Of a stretch of 64,000 bases of DNA, positions 1 to 14,940 are shown piece after piece; the first letter of the stretch is position 1; each line of letters starts with the position of its first letter. The position numbers and the translations under genes are program-made. The notes under the pieces were generated by a model. The model had not been told where the DNA came from. It was given only the letters and a program-made list of their open reading frames with translations, and did no database searches. The stretch comes from Chrysomallon squamiferum. Its lineage: Eukaryota; Animalia; Mollusca. The stretch spans positions 6,076,001 through 6,140,000 of the forward strand of contig CM022676.1 of NCBI GenBank assembly GCA_012295275.1, given 5' to 3'.

Positions 1-183
1 TGTATATGTATAAAATCATCATGGTTTGTTTTCATTTGTACATAATTGACTAATGAAGTCTGGGAAATTATTTTTATTGCTTATAACTGATCACCCAAGG
101 TGTGTTTTCAATCTGTACATAAATTGTCTAAACCAAGCCACAGAGAGAGAGAGAGTTTTCAATCTATACATAAATTGTCTAAA

Positions 184-314
<131 letters not shown>

Positions 315-1039
315 CCATTGCAAAAATAACTGATGGCCGTTTAAACACTTATTTGTTTACATGTCTGGAGCAATAGTTTATGCTGAGCAGGTCGTTTGCC
401 AGTTCCAGAATCACCTCGCACAAAGGCTGGTGTTGTTTTTGTTTATAAACAGCCGTCTGGCCATCTGGCCCACTCTCTGCCATTTTGGTATCCTATGTCA
501 GTCAGCGACTTCATTCATCTTGTTTGATAGAACAGCAAGACAACATGTGTGTACTCGGGTTAACCCTTAGTGGGAGGTAGAGAAGTCGGGGAAGGAGAGT
601 TATTGCCGAAGGGAGGTAACTGCAGTGAGGGTGGTGTTTTGATTAGAATTAATTAGAATTTGTTGATTGTGAGTGTGATAAAATAAGATAAGGGTGTTTT
701 TTGTTTGTTTGTTTTTTGTTTTTTTTAAATTAATGCTGGATATGTGTGATGTGATGGGGGTATACACTGAATATGATTAAAAATATCATACAGATGTAAT
801 ATAAAAAACATGATGATAATGTAACATATTTGGTTAATGTATTTGGTAGAAGGTTATTTAAATATTTTATTTAAAACTTTACCTGTCTTCATAGTTCCCA
901 AATAAGAGAGATTTCAAAAAGGAAATTAATTAAATGTAACAAGTGAATTATTTTATGAAAATCAGAAAATTGTTTCATCTATCAAAAAATATATATATAT
1001 ATTTAAGGTATTGTAGGTTTCTGGTTTGGTAACTGCTAA

Positions 1040-1375
1040 ATTATAAATCCTGATGTGAATTTTCTACCTTTGGATCAAAGACAATTCTTTCAAAGGGAGT
1101 TAATTACTGTTACGGTTTTATATATATGTTGAAATTTTCTTACCTCAGAGTTAAAAAGAATTACTACAAAGGGAGTTAATTACTTTCACAATTATTCAGT
1201 TACAAAACCCTTATGATCTTGAATTTATTTCCTCAGAATGAAAGAGAATTTCCCATAAAGGGAGTTAATTAAAGGCACAGTAATTGAGCTTTTATTTATA
1301 ACTTTCTTATCTCTGTCTGAAAGAGAATTCCATCAAAGGGAATTAATTACTTTAACAGTGCTTCTTATGTTATGA
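1040..1375. repeat. Degenerate ~80-bp tandem repeat, 4 units
   Basis: aaagggagttaatta recurs at about 1092, 1168, 1257 and 1335, each preceded by similar aagagaatt-like sequence. Confidence 0.8.
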
Positions 1376-2102
1376 ACCCTTAATATATGAATCTGTTACT
1401 TTAAAAATAAATAGTGATTTGAAGAAATCGTCCAAATATATGTTGCATTCTTACAAATTATATCTTATTTTTTTGTTATTTTTATTTTTGTCTTCTTTCT
1501 TAATTAGTGAAGTCCATTTTTTTTTAAATATATGGGCAAACATGTCTGATAACAAATATGTCTGTCATTCCATCAGGTATTTGAACATGCCAGACACCTG
1601 GTTGTTAAGAGACAAAATGGCAACAGTGATATGTTTGTAACAGTTTTATTTTATTGTAGTTCTATCTTTGAGATCAATAATCACTCACACAAACCAATAA
1701 AATTATTTTATTATAAACTTGTTAAATAAATATTAACAATTTTATTAGACCATTTACTAGCACAATCATAATATATGATTTTACAACCTCAAAAGTAAGA
1801 AGAGTCTCTATTAAAGGGAGATAATTTACTGATACATCAGCTCATCAGAAAAAAAAAGAAAAAAAAAAGAGAGAATTTTTTAAAAACAATCTAATGTTTT
1901 GATTTTTTTTGTCTTTAACAAGAAGGATGGTCCACATATGTTTTCTAACACAACCCACGATGACAAGAATATTATCTTGCCAACACTGAACAGATTTCAC
2001 CTGGCTGAATGAATGACTTTAGTCTGCAAGGAGGAGGCTGGGCCTGTATTCATTACTGTAAACTAACAAAAAAAAGGGGAAAGGAAAAAAACAAAGCCAT
2101 TG

Positions 2103-2141
<39 letters not shown>

Positions 2142-2315
2142 AACACATGAACATGCATTTGAACGAAAGGTGTATAGTTTTGGCAGCTGAAAACACATGG
2201 TGGGACGTTGCACACACACATGTCTGCATGTTTTACACATTCGAGCTGTGTGGAATTCCTCGTCTGTTTGTCTGTCTGTCAGTGTCTGTGTATATCTGTC
2301 TGTCTGACTCTTTTT

Positions 2316-2376
2316 CCAGTGTTTTGAGTACTCCAGTGTTTTGAGCACTCCAGTGTTTTGAGCACTCCAGTGTTCC
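2316..2376. repeat. 17-bp minisatellite (ccagtgttttgagcact), about 3.5 copies
   Basis: Direct tandem copies. Confidence 0.9.
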
Positions 2377-2672
2377 TCTTTGTAATGTCTGTCAGTCTTT
2401 GTGTGTATCTGTCTGTTTCTTACTCTTAAGTCTTGTTTTAACATTTGAGTAGTCCTGTATTCCTCTCTGTTGGTCTTTCTGTCTGTCTGTCTGTCTGTCT
2501 CTTTTTTTCAGGCATGTTTTAACATTTGAGTAGTTAGGAATTTCTCACTTTTAGTTTCTGACTCTCTCTCTCTCTCTCTCTCTTCTCTTTTCCTCTTTGT
2601 CGTTCCTTCCTCATTCTGTTTCTCTGTGTGTTTCTGTTTATCATGTTCTGCCTCTGTGTGTGTGTGTGTGTG

Positions 2673-2847
<175 letters not shown>

Positions 2848-3917
2848 AACACACACACTGTTAAGATTTACTACATCTACATTTTTTACTTCAAGCATAA
2901 ATTAACCCGTGCCAACAAAAATCCTTGTTTTCTTCGGATTTCCTTTCAAAAAGAATTTCTGTTTATGGTTAATGTTTCTTGGGAAGTTAAAAAAAAAAAA
3001 AAACTTCTACATCCTGTTTTATTTATTTTATTTGTTTTATCTGATGTTTGTTATCGAAACTGTATATCTTATTTTTATTTCTTACCTGTACATCCTGGCA
3101 CTTTATCTGGGAGTGTTTCTGAATGTGTTTGCTTTTTGTTGCAGGTAATATTACCTGTTATGTGTTGTTTACACCTGTACTGCACAGGTGAAAATAAATA
3201 ATTTACAATAGTTCACAGATAAAACAAATAATGTATTGGAAAGTATAGGTAACTTTGTATTCTGTATTTCTTTAATGTCATCCATGTGTTTTTTAATCCT
3301 GTTTATGACTTAGTGTATTAAAAATATTATTTCCCAATCCAATCCCTGTTGATTTTTTCTAAAGCTATGATTATATGTTTTCACTTCTAAGGGAAGTTAA
3401 AACATAATTTTTTTTTTTTTCTACATTATCTAGGTTGTTCTAAACCATACATACGTTCAGCAATAAAATCAGAAAATGAGAAAATAAAAAAAGAAATAAA
3501 ACTATAAAAATTATTAATAATAAAAATATTTTTTTTTTTTGGTGAAGATTCTTCTGTTTAAATATTTGATGACCATTAGACGTTTTAAAATCTCTTGTTT
3601 CTGGATATCATATCATCATCAAACATTAAAATTCTGAGTTGTTGGTTTCAAACTTAGAAAATGTGGCTTTATTTTTTATTATTATTACTTTATTAATTTC
3701 AATTCTATTATATTGTTCAATATTTTGGTCTCTTACTCTCTTTTTCCTTCCCCTTTTTTCTTTTCTTCTTTCTCTCTTCTTTATTTCTTTTTCTTTCTTT
3801 CTCTTTCTTATTTTTTTCTCAGTTTCTCTCTCTCTCTCGTTCTCTTTAACTGTTTCTCAATTCCTACCTTTCTGCAATGCTCTTGTACATAGAAACAAAT
3901 GCACAATGATAAATTTG

Positions 3918-4011
<94 letters not shown>

Positions 4012-4346
4012 CACATCCATCTAACTCACTTTCTATTAAATTCTTTATTTTTATATTTTTTCCCTCTTTTCATGTTTCTGCCTCTCTCCTCTCTCATTCT
4101 CTCTTTTCCTCTCTGTATTACCTTCTCTCTCTCTCTATCTCACTCTATATCTCTATTTCATTCTCTCCTATCTCTCTCTCTATCTCACTATCACCCTCTC
4201 ATTATCTTTCTCTATCAAACATTCTGCTTCTTATCTCCCTCTCCATCTTTGTTCTGTAGTCCTCTGTCTTTCTTTCTTTATCTCTCAGTCACTCCATCTC
4301 TCACCTTCTCTCTCTCTTATACTATCTCTCTCTCCTTCCCTCCCTA

Positions 4347-4462
<116 letters not shown>

Positions 4463-5338
4463 AATGCTTTAATAATAAAATTAAAAAAAACCCCAAAAAC
4501 CCTGCCAACCGGAAGAATGCAAAAGGGATCTCAAAGTTTTCTAGCCAAACATGTGGTTTTATCAGGAAACATTTGACTTCTAACACCAGTTCTTATTTCA
4601 CAACTTTTTTAAAAACACTCTGTTCAGCTTAGTTGGGTATCCATCGAAATTTTTTTTTTTTCCTTGAATGTCAAACTACCCGGAGATGATAATGTTTAAA
4701 AGATACTCGATCTGGCAGAGTGGAATACGATTTCGGTGGTCGCTAACTAAATCGCTAAGCACCACCAAAACAAAAAAAAGACATGCACGATAATTGCCTC
4801 CCTTTTCGACATCTTTGGTGATGTGGGTTACATTTGTAAAAAAAAAAAAACAGATGCGAGTCCGAGGGGTATGTCAGCGGGGGTTGGGGGTGTGGTTGCA
4901 GGGGGGGTGATTACGTTATTTTGTCATGTTGTACTGTAGAAGGGGGGATTATAAAAAAATTATTAAAAATCTTTTTTTTTTTTTTTTCTCTTGTAATTTG
5001 AAATGTTTTTGATAAGTTTTTGTGTATGTGTGTGTGAAATGTTGTTTTAAATGTTTTAGAGATATAGATAGATAGATTAGATACATGAAAAAAATGGAAA
5101 AAGATTATATGCTTGAGTGTGTTCAGTCTGTCTTTGTGTGTGTGTGTGTGTGTGTCTGCATATTTATCATAAACGTGAGGACATTCAAGATAATATGATT
5201 CTGGACTAGTTAAAAATATTGACAGTCAAATTGAAAAAGATGGAAACCTGTGTTTAATTAAAAAATGTTTTTTAAACAAAATCATGAATAAAATTTGTGT
5301 GTGTTAGTGTTATTATTACTGTTATTATTATTATTATT

Positions 5339-5370
<32 letters not shown>

Positions 5371-5579
5371 TATTATTATTTATGCATCTTCACACTGAAA
5401 AGTGTATACTATTTTTATTATATCTACCACTATTACTGTTATTATTATTGTTATTATCATATCATTATTATTATTATCATTAATATTATCATCATCATCA
5501 TTTATCATTATCATCACTTCCATTCATTACAAAAATTAAAAACCCCCAAAATATAAATTATCTCCCTTTACTCCCACAG

Positions 5580-5891
5580 GTGATCTGAAGAACCCGCGAA
5601 TTGTCGAGCACCCTGACGATGACTACGTCGCCAAAAATGAACCCGCGACCCTCAACTGCAAGGCGGAGGGTGACCCCACCCCTAAGATCACTTGGTACAG
5701 GAACGGGCGTGTCGTTGTGACGGCCACCGAAAACCCGCAGTCGCATCGGCTGCTGCTGTCCACGGGACAGTTGTTCTTCCTGCGAGTCATCCACAACAAG
5801 AACTACAAGCCTGACGTCGGCGTCTACTACTGCAATGCGACCAACATCCACGGATCGGCGATCAGTCGAAATGCTACGCTTGAAATAGCTG
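5580..5891 (+). CDS. robo: Robo exon, Ig1 (Slit-binding domain)
   Basis: cccacag|..|gtaagt, 312 nt, phase 1-1; DLKNPRIVEHPDDDYVAKNEPATLNCKAEGDPTPKITWYRNGRVVVTATENPQSHRLLLSTGQLFFLRVIHNKNYKPDVGVYYCNATNIHGSAISRNATLEIA. Confidence 0.97.
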
Positions 5892-6964
5892 GTAAGTGAA
5901 AGATGAAAAGTTTTTTTAGTTTGATTTTTAGATTTTGTTTTGTTTTGTTTGGGTGGTGTTGTTTGTTTGTGTGTGTGTGTTTTGTTATTTATTTATTATT
6001 ACTATTGTTATTGTCATCATCATTATTAATTTTTTTAATTTTTTTATTTAGTATTTTTTTATTATTATTTTTTTTTGTTATTATCAATTATTTTTATTTA
6101 TTTTATTATTATTATTATTTTTGCTTTTTTACAATTTTATTTTATTTTTGTTTATTTATTAATTTATTTACTAATTTATTATTATTATTGTTGTTGTTGT
6201 TGTTTTTCTTTATTTTATTTTATTTTTGTTTATTTATTAATTTATTATTAATTTATTTATTAATTTATTATTATTTATTATTATTTTTTTTTCTTTACAT
6301 TTTATTTTATTTTTGTTTATTAATTTATTATTAATTTATTATTAGTATCATTATCATTATCATTTATTTTTTACATTTTATATGTTATTCAAATTATTTT
6401 ATTTTGTTTTATTTAGTTATTTATTTATTTAATATATTTTTATTATTTATTACATATATATTAATTTATTTTTTTAATTCAATTCAATTCAATTTTATTT
6501 TATTTTATTTTTCTATACTTTATTTATTAATTGATTTTCCCATATATTTTTTATTATTTAAACTTAACTTTATAATTTTATATTATTATTCATTCTGTAT
6601 TATTTTATTTTGTATTTATTCAAAAACCTACATGACATTTCCATTCTCTAATTCTTCACAAATCCAGCACCCTCCATCTTCTTAATTCTTTCTCGGTTTC
6701 CATGGCATCCAGACAATCTGTTTCATCGCCATGGTATCACCATGGTGCTTTGAACTCAATCACTCTTGAAAAACACTAGAAAAAAACAATAAAACAAAAC
6801 TCAGAAAGTTCACATGTCTCATTTAATAGTCATTCAGTTTCACACAAAATGTTAAGTGATAGATCTGCCTTGATAAAGGAATAAATACACTTTGCTTTTC
6901 AAAATGTCACAGTTAACTGATTATATGCAATAATTTGACTTCTGGTTTTGTCTGTATTGGTTGT

Positions 6965-7345
6965 ATGGCCCAGTGGTTAGAGTACAGGGCTGATGTTCTA
7001 GAGGTAACAGGATCAATCCTTGCCAAAGGAGATTTTGATTAATTTACTGTTCTAACCATTGCTCTGGTTATGATATATATTATAAAATATAGGGTTGATG
7101 CTTGATATATAATAGGAACAGTATTCCTCAGGACACATATTTTGTTATTGCCCATTCTAACCAGTGCTCTGTGGTTGATTCATCAGATGTGCTTTATTTA
7201 CTATCTATTTGAAAGTGATTTACTTTGATAAGTCTTTAAAAAATAAGCATTTAACTTGCATTCACTTATTATTTTATCCAAAGGCCATGCTATGTATTTC
7301 CTGTCTGTGAGAAGGTATATATAAACAATTCCTTATTGCTAAAGA
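6965..7345 (+). mobile_element. Decayed tRNA-derived SINE (Meta/MESC-core-like)
   Basis: A-box tggcccagtggttaga (6966) and degenerate B-box ggatcaatcc (about 7010). aaaggccatgctatgtatttcctgtctgtgagaaggtatatataaa (7280-7325) resembles, from memory, the conserved core of mollusc SINEs. Confidence 0.6.
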
Positions 7346-7528
7346 TAATAATGTTACATTAATTATAGAGTTAATTTTAGCATTGACTGAATATGTCAGT
7401 GATGAGAATTGATCCCACAACTGTTGATATCTGAGGCTAAGATAAACACTACTTCTGTTAAGATATAGATCAGAAACATGACACTTTAACAGAATTTAAT
7501 ATAAAGTTTATATGTATGTCTGTGTGTA

Positions 7529-7621
<93 letters not shown>

Positions 7622-7713
7622 ATGAAGTATGTTTGTATTTGTCCATTTAGTCATGTATGTGTTGGTCTGTATGTGTGTGTGTGTCTGTATGTGTGTGTAT
7701 GCATGTATATATA

Positions 7714-7747
<34 letters not shown>

Positions 7748-10700
7748 CATACATACATATATATACACACATACATATTTTAAAACATTAATAAAATATA
7801 ATATAAAGTAAAAACGTTTTTTCTACAACATGTGTTTTCACTGAGTTGCCACTCAAGACATTTCTGTTGGCTAAACTAATGGCCAAAAAACAAAAAGAAA
7901 AAAAAGAAAAAGAGAAAAAAAAGTCACAAAGGAGAAAACTATGGCAGAGGTTTGTTCTAGAGTTGGAGGCAAAAATCTGGTAATGTGTTTTTGTGTTAAC
8001 ACAATGCAAAGTGAAAACACACCAAACCCAACAACTTGTTTTGACTTTGGTAAGAAAATATTGCAGCCAATAGAACACAGATGTTTTAGCTTGTAGGGGT
8101 TAGATTTTTGTTTGTTTTGTTTTTTTAATGTTAGAAGCCCTTCACTTGTAAAACAATGTCATTAGGTACACAGTTTCATAAGTGTGTTTTTTTTACTCTT
8201 TTCTTCTTTTTTTTCTTCTTCTTCATTCTTGCTGCTGTATCTTTGTGTTGTTGCTTTTCTGTGTTCTTTTCTTCATTTTTGTCTTTATCTTCTTTTTTTC
8301 TGTCATTTATTTTGCTTCATATTTCTTTTTTTTTTTTTTTTTTTTATCTATTTCTTGTTTTACTTTTTCTTCTATCTGTTTTTTTTCTAATTTGTTTTTG
8401 TTTTTCTTCATTAAGGTTGCTGTGTTTGGTTCATGTATATTTATAACTTATATTTATAAAATAATATTTTTCTTTCCTTCTTCTTCTTTTTTCATTTTGA
8501 GCAGATTGCAAATGTCTTAACTTATGTGGCTTAAAGATTAATTTTTGTCTTTGTTTAGGAATCCTCATTTACATAACATTATTTTTATTTACATACAATG
8601 ATACATCTGTTTTCTTTTTCCTTTCTTTCTTTTGCTTTAACTTTCTTTTTTCAATCTTTTACTTTTTCTTTTTTTCTCTTTGTCTTTCTATCTTTTTTTT
8701 TTTTAACTCTTTCTTTCTTTTCTTTTTTCTTTTTTAATGTCTTTTTCTTTTCTATTTTTTTTTTTTTTTTTTTTTCTTTCCTTTTTTTTTTTTTATGGAT
8801 GTTTTGGCACTGAAAAACCTGGCAAGAAGTGTTTACTAAAATTAAAATAAAAAACTATTCAGGGAATTTAAATTTAAACATTCCAGGCCTACAAACAAGA
8901 TAAAGAAATCTTAATTAAATTGGACAGAGAAACTTCAAGCTTTGGATAGTTGTTAACTGAAATCTTCCATTTGGCTTCTTACAACCTGTCTTATAAAACA
9001 AAAACTTTTGAGGGGGTTGGGGGTGAACATTTAAAAGCCTTGGGGACACATTATATTGATTATTGAATAATAAATAAATAAATAAGAATTAATTAATAAA
9101 TAAATAAATAAATAGCACTAATTAATATCCACACCTCGTAAAAATAAATTTTCAGTAATGAATTTTTGTTAGGGCTAAACACAAAAGTCCAGTGAAAATA
9201 AAAGAATTTACAAATGGAGTAGTCGCAATGCGGCAGCTGTTGCATGCTGGGAAGGACAATGTGTCTAGGTAAATTCTTCCATTCTATTCAAATCATTAAC
9301 AGTGTCCACATCAGTAGCTTGAAAGACATATCTCCCCCCCCATTAATCACTCGGTGGGGAATATGGGTTAATTAGTGCAGCTGAGTTATTTCCCAGCATG
9401 CAATCTTGGTATCCCAGCATGCACGGTTCATATCCCAGGGAGTGTGAATTGCATGGAAAGCCTTTGTTAATAGGTGTGTAATTAATCACTGTAATTCCTG
9501 TCACTTGTTCGTTCATATTTTCTTCATTTTTCTTCTTTTTTTGTGTTTATTTTCTTCTTTTTCTTCATTCGTTGCTCATTTTTGTTTTCTTCTTCTGCTT
9601 TCTGTTAACAAGAAATTTTTTATTTTTTTTATTTCTGAATGTATGTAAAATGTAATTAAGTCCTTTTTTGGTATCACAACATTTTCACTTCAGAAATGAC
9701 ATAAATAACTACATAAGTATTAAATAATTAATATATATACATATACATATATATATATACACACACACACACACGCACACACATAAATATATATATATAT
9801 ATACATACATATATAGATAGATAGATAGATAATAAATAAATAAATAAATAAATAAATAAAAGAAAAACAAATAAGTAAACAGAAACTAATAAATAATAAT
9901 GAAAGAAAATTAACCAAGTGTACAAAAAAAACACATTTTACAAAACTTGTAAGTAACGCGACACACAAACTTTAACAGTTGCCCACCGGTCAGTAATGGA
10001 ATGGCCAGTAATGTTATGGCCAGTAATGTTAGATGGTCATTACTGACTTCTGCTTTCTTTGAAGTGGTCTCTGTTGTCCAGTATTTTATGAGATTTGTTG
10101 AGAGACTTGTCTTTGAGATGGGGACACAGTTGTAAGTTACGAATTTTAACAGAAAGGATAAAAAAAAAAATGTCCAAAAAAAAATGTCTTGGGAATTGTT
10201 TTAAGGCAATTTCACAGCTTCCTGGTTTCTTACTACAAAACAGTTATCAGCTTGAAAATGGCCACAAGGGAAATATAATCTCATCCCTGGAGTTTGAAGA
10301 ATAACAGAGAGTAACTGAAAGAAGTTGTAAGAAGAAGAAGAAGAAGAAAGAAAAAAAACATTGGGGTGAAAAATGTAGATGAAAAATGAAAGAGCTTCAG
10401 TTGCCATTTTGGAGAATTTAAATAAGATGGGGGTTAATTTTTTTTTTTTTTTTTTTTGACTTTTCAATTTTTATATCTTTTTTTTTTCTTTCTTTCTTTC
10501 TTTCTTTCTTTTTGGTTCTTTTTTTTTTTTAAAGTTATTTAATTTAATTTTTTTGTTGTGTTTTTGTTGTTTTTTTTGCTATTTCTTTTAATTTTATTTC
10601 ATTTCTTTTTTTTCTTTTCTTTAATTTCTTTCATTCATTTATTTTTCTTTCTTTTTTATTATCTTTTCTTTCATTCTTGCTTTCGTCTCATTTTCCTTTC

Positions 10701-12321
10701 ATTCTTCCCTCTTTTTCTAGTTTACCTTTATTTCATTCTTTCATTTCTTTAATTTCTCTCTTTCATTCTTTCAGTTTTCTTTGCTTTAATTCTTTCTATC
10801 CTTTTTTTTTTCTTTTCTCTACATAATTTTTCTATATTTAAAAATTCTTCTCTTAACTTTTTCTTTTTTTAATTTTTAATTAAATTCTTGCTTTATCGTC
10901 TCTTTATTTTTCATTCCCTTTTTTATTTTCTTTTCTTTCTTTCTTTTTTTTCCTTTTCTTTCTTTCTTCTTCACTATTTTATCTCAAACTTTTAAAAGAA
11001 AAATTCTTTTCTGTTATTACCAAAGATTTCAAGAGCAAGATAATAAAATAAAATGAATACTAATAGACATTTTCCTTTTGTTGTTCTTCTATAAATCACA
11101 AGTAAAATTAAAAATCTTTGTTTAGACAACAAACTCCTAACAAGAGGAATTTTAATGGAAAATGTCAATGTTTTTTACTTTTTTAACTAAGAGTTTTAAT
11201 GTTGTTTCTTTTTTATACATGCATGTATGTATATATGTATGTATGAAGGTATGTGTGTATGTATATATGAATGTGTATATATGTATGTATGAATATATGT
11301 ATATATGCATGTATGTATGTATGTATGTATGTATGTATGAATGATGAGTGTATGTATGTAAGAATGTATGAGTGTGTATGTTTGTATGTATGTTAGATAT
11401 GTGTGCATGTATGTGAACATGCATACTAAAGTATATAGCTGTGTATGTGAGTGCGTTTGTATGTGTGTGCAGGCATGTGTCTGTATATACAAAGGTATGG
11501 ATATATTTCTGTATATATGCATTATTGATGTATGTACTTTTATACTTATTATACATGTGATTGTTTTTGTTTGTGTGTGTGTGTGTGTGTGTGCACCAAA
11601 AAATAGATCTATAATTTTTCAAAATTTATATAGATATGATAACATAAACATTTAAAATACCATAACAGAGAAATGCCAAAATACACAAATAAGCTGTGTA
11701 CCTAAAAATAGAATCTACAAATACCACAGCAAGTACATTAAAAATATACACATAAAAATGAATAATTACATTATAGATGTCTAGAACCACCCAGGTGTGT
11801 CTGTGTGTGTCTGTGTGTGTGTGTGTGTGTGTGTTTCTTTTTTAAAGTAAAATTTCCTGTTTAACCTTAATTCAAATTAACTTATTTTGTTACTTGTATT
11901 TTGATGCTGGACACACTAATTAAGACATATGGTATTTTCTAATGGAATGAATTGAACTGACAAGTTTATGCTTAAAGTAAATGAGTTAATCTTCAACCGT
12001 ATTGGGTTAACGAGTTTTCTAAAAATAGCATCAAATAATACCTGACTAATTTCAAACGACATCAAAGGTGTGGACTGTATGGATGGCCATTTCTGAGGTT
12101 TTGTAATTTAGAATTTAATTAGTGGGGTATTGTTATTTTTCCTTTATTTCTTTTTTATTATTATTCTTTTCTTCTTCTTAATTTATTCTTTTTTTTTTTT
12201 TTTTTTTTTTTTTTTGGTAAAAATGTGAATTTTGAAACTAGATTAAATTAAGACACTTAGACATTTTTAGATTCAGATACACACACACATACACAAACAC
12301 ACACACATACATACATACATT

Positions 12322-12363
<42 letters not shown>

Positions 12364-12479
12364 TACATACATGTAGAGACTTCATAATTTTATTATTATA
12401 CCTGTGTCAGTGTATGTGTTGTCTGTGTGTGTGTGTGTGTGTGTGAAATAGATCAAGATTTGAATTTTATTCAGTATAA

Positions 12480-12960
12480 CCACAGATTCTGTTACAACTC
12501 GATGTGTTATAATATATAAAACAAAACTTTGAACTATGCTATCAATAGATGATACCCAGTCATTTTACTGGAATGTTGAAAATGTGACATGATGTACCTG
12601 GAATTCTAGATACTGCATTAGCCTGATGAAAATTTGATACGATACACAAGCAATTCTGTTACAACTCGATGTGTTATGACTTATAAAGCGAAACTTTGAT
12701 CTACACTAGAAGTAGATGATACTGAAAGATTGCACTGGACCATTGAAGGAAAGACATACCAGACATTCTGCTACAGTTCAGTGTAACTATGACTACTACA
12801 GAGATCACTCCACATACAGAGAGAGTCAAAATCGTTACTTTTCCTAATATTAACCAAGCATGTGCAAGAGATTGGGATGTAGTAAAACAGGCTTTATTAC
12901 TAGATGTATTATGACTTATGAAGCAAAACTTTCAACTGTAGTAGAAGTAGATGATGCTTA
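12480..12960. repeat. Old ~170-240-bp tandem duplication, about 3 degenerate units
   Basis: ttctgttacaactcgatgtgttat..aaaactttga..tagatgatac recurs at about 12487 and 12654, more weakly at about 12900. Confidence 0.7.
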
Positions 12961-14624
12961 AGCATCACAACAGACCAATGAAAGAATGATATGTTGTTAA
13001 AACTCAGCACATTTTGTCCATTAAAGATTAAGATATATCAAACTATTGTAAAAAATTTTATCATTCATACATCTGATACCTCACTTAACCAAGCATACTG
13101 AAGGGATTAAAAATATTGTTCATACATCTGATGCCTATATAACTATTAATATTAAACTGTTAATATTAAAAACCCAGTTATGTAATTAATAACGAGGGCT
13201 GGACTGTGAAATACATTTTGATATCACACAGACGTGACATACTGTGAGTAGCAGAGGGGAAGAAATCTGTTTAATCTTGTAGCATAATCTGTCGGCAAAC
13301 AGAAACTCGATTCTTTTACATCTCTTCCGAGCCAAGCCGGAGTGTTTGCTCTGAGCACGCTCAGTCAGTGGTTATTGAAAAAATTGTTCCTCGTGTAAAT
13401 ATCATAACGCCATATATTGAACTGATCTTTTCCTTATTAACTGTAACGTTTTTTTTTTTTTTTTTTTTTTTTTTTTTGGGGATAATTTTTTTCTTAAGGA
13501 GAGGTGAAAATGAGGTTATATAAAAAAAGTTTTTTTTTAAAGGTGTGGTTTTTACACAGAGGGGTAGGGTAGGTCTCTAAAAGTCAAGACTAAAAGAATG
13601 TATGTATGTATATATATATATATAAAATGTAAGATGTGTGTAAAATAAACAGGAGGACTGCCACTACAATGTCTATAAAACAAAATTAAAAATAAACAGG
13701 AGGACTGCCACTATGATGTCTATAAAAAAAGAAAAAAGGGAGGACTGCCACTTAATGAATTTCGATGATGTAATGAAAAACAATCTTAGTTTTGTGTGTG
13801 GCCTAACACTTCCAGCTGAGAAGTGAGATAGAAGAACTTTAAACTCAGAGGTTCCCCGGGGTTTTTAGACCCACCAGCCTGATAATCTCTTTTTTTTTTT
13901 TTTTTTTTTTAAACGTGGAAAAAGAGAGAGAAAAAAAAAGAAGATTAAAAATTGGGAAATGTTTTTAATCATTTTGATAATTGAGTGTGAAAGATATGGG
14001 ATAGAGAGAAAGAAGAAAAAATGAAGAATAAGAAGAAGAGTTATGAAGACGATAAAATGGAAGTTGTAATAAATGGAAGTTTTATTAAATATGAAGATAT
14101 TTTTTTAGATATGTTATTGTGTGTGATTGATAATGATGAATAAGTATTTTTTGTGTTTGTGTGTGTTTGTTAGTTATATATATAACTGATATATGTGTTT
14201 GTAGGTATATTTATGTTTATAAATAAGTATGCACTAATAATAATAATGATATTAATAATATTACAATAATGATGATTATAGTATTTGTGATAATAATAAG
14301 AATAACAACAATAATAAGTTATAATGATAATCATGATAGTATTTGTATTGGTAATTAAACAACAATAACCACAACACTAACAACCTTAGCAAAAAAAAAT
14401 ATTTTAAAATCCTAAAAACATTATAATAATAAGTAGAAAAATAAAATAATAATAACAATTACAGTTGTAATGATGATGATAATATTTTGTAATATTTTGT
14501 AATCTATTAAAACCAACAGTATTAGGAATAAAAAAAATAATAATAAAAAAATTAAATAAAAATATATATATATATAATAAGAAATAAGTTCAATTTCTAT
14601 TAATATATTCATCACACACATAAA

Positions 14625-14940
14625 CTGCAAACTAACAAATAAAAGCAGTCTAGGTAACTTCAAGTTAATATATAGAAAGTAGTATACTAAGTAAAGAGTT
14701 TCATAGAAACTAACAAATAAAAGCAGTCTGTGTCACTTAATGTTAACATATAGAAAGTAGTATAAGAAGTAAAGAGTTCCATAGAAACTAACAAATATAA
14801 GCAGTCTGGGTAACTTCAAGTTAACATATAGAAAGTAGTATAAGAAGTAAAGAGTTTCAAAGAAACTAACAAATAAAAGCAGTCTAGGTAACTTCCAAGT
14901 TAACATATAGAAAGTAGTAGAAGAAGTAAAGAGTTTCAAG
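14625..14940. repeat. ~78-bp minisatellite, about 4 units
   Basis: aaactaacaaataaaagcagtctaggtaacttcaagttaacatatagaaagtagtataagaagtaaagagtttc repeated. Confidence 0.92.

Noticed and set aside
361-570. 69-aa ORF as the Robo first exon
   Set aside because: No signal-peptide pattern and no convincing in-phase donor before its stop.
5558-5851. Minus-strand ORFs over GC-rich exons (also 16637-16939 and 40424-40925) and plus-strand ORFs over ANAPC13
   Set aside because: Antisense shadows of real coding exons.
9989-10047. gtcagtaatg..cattactgac hairpin as a pre-miRNA
   Set aside because: Only a 10-bp stem, arising within a short tandem repeat; no recognisable miRNA.
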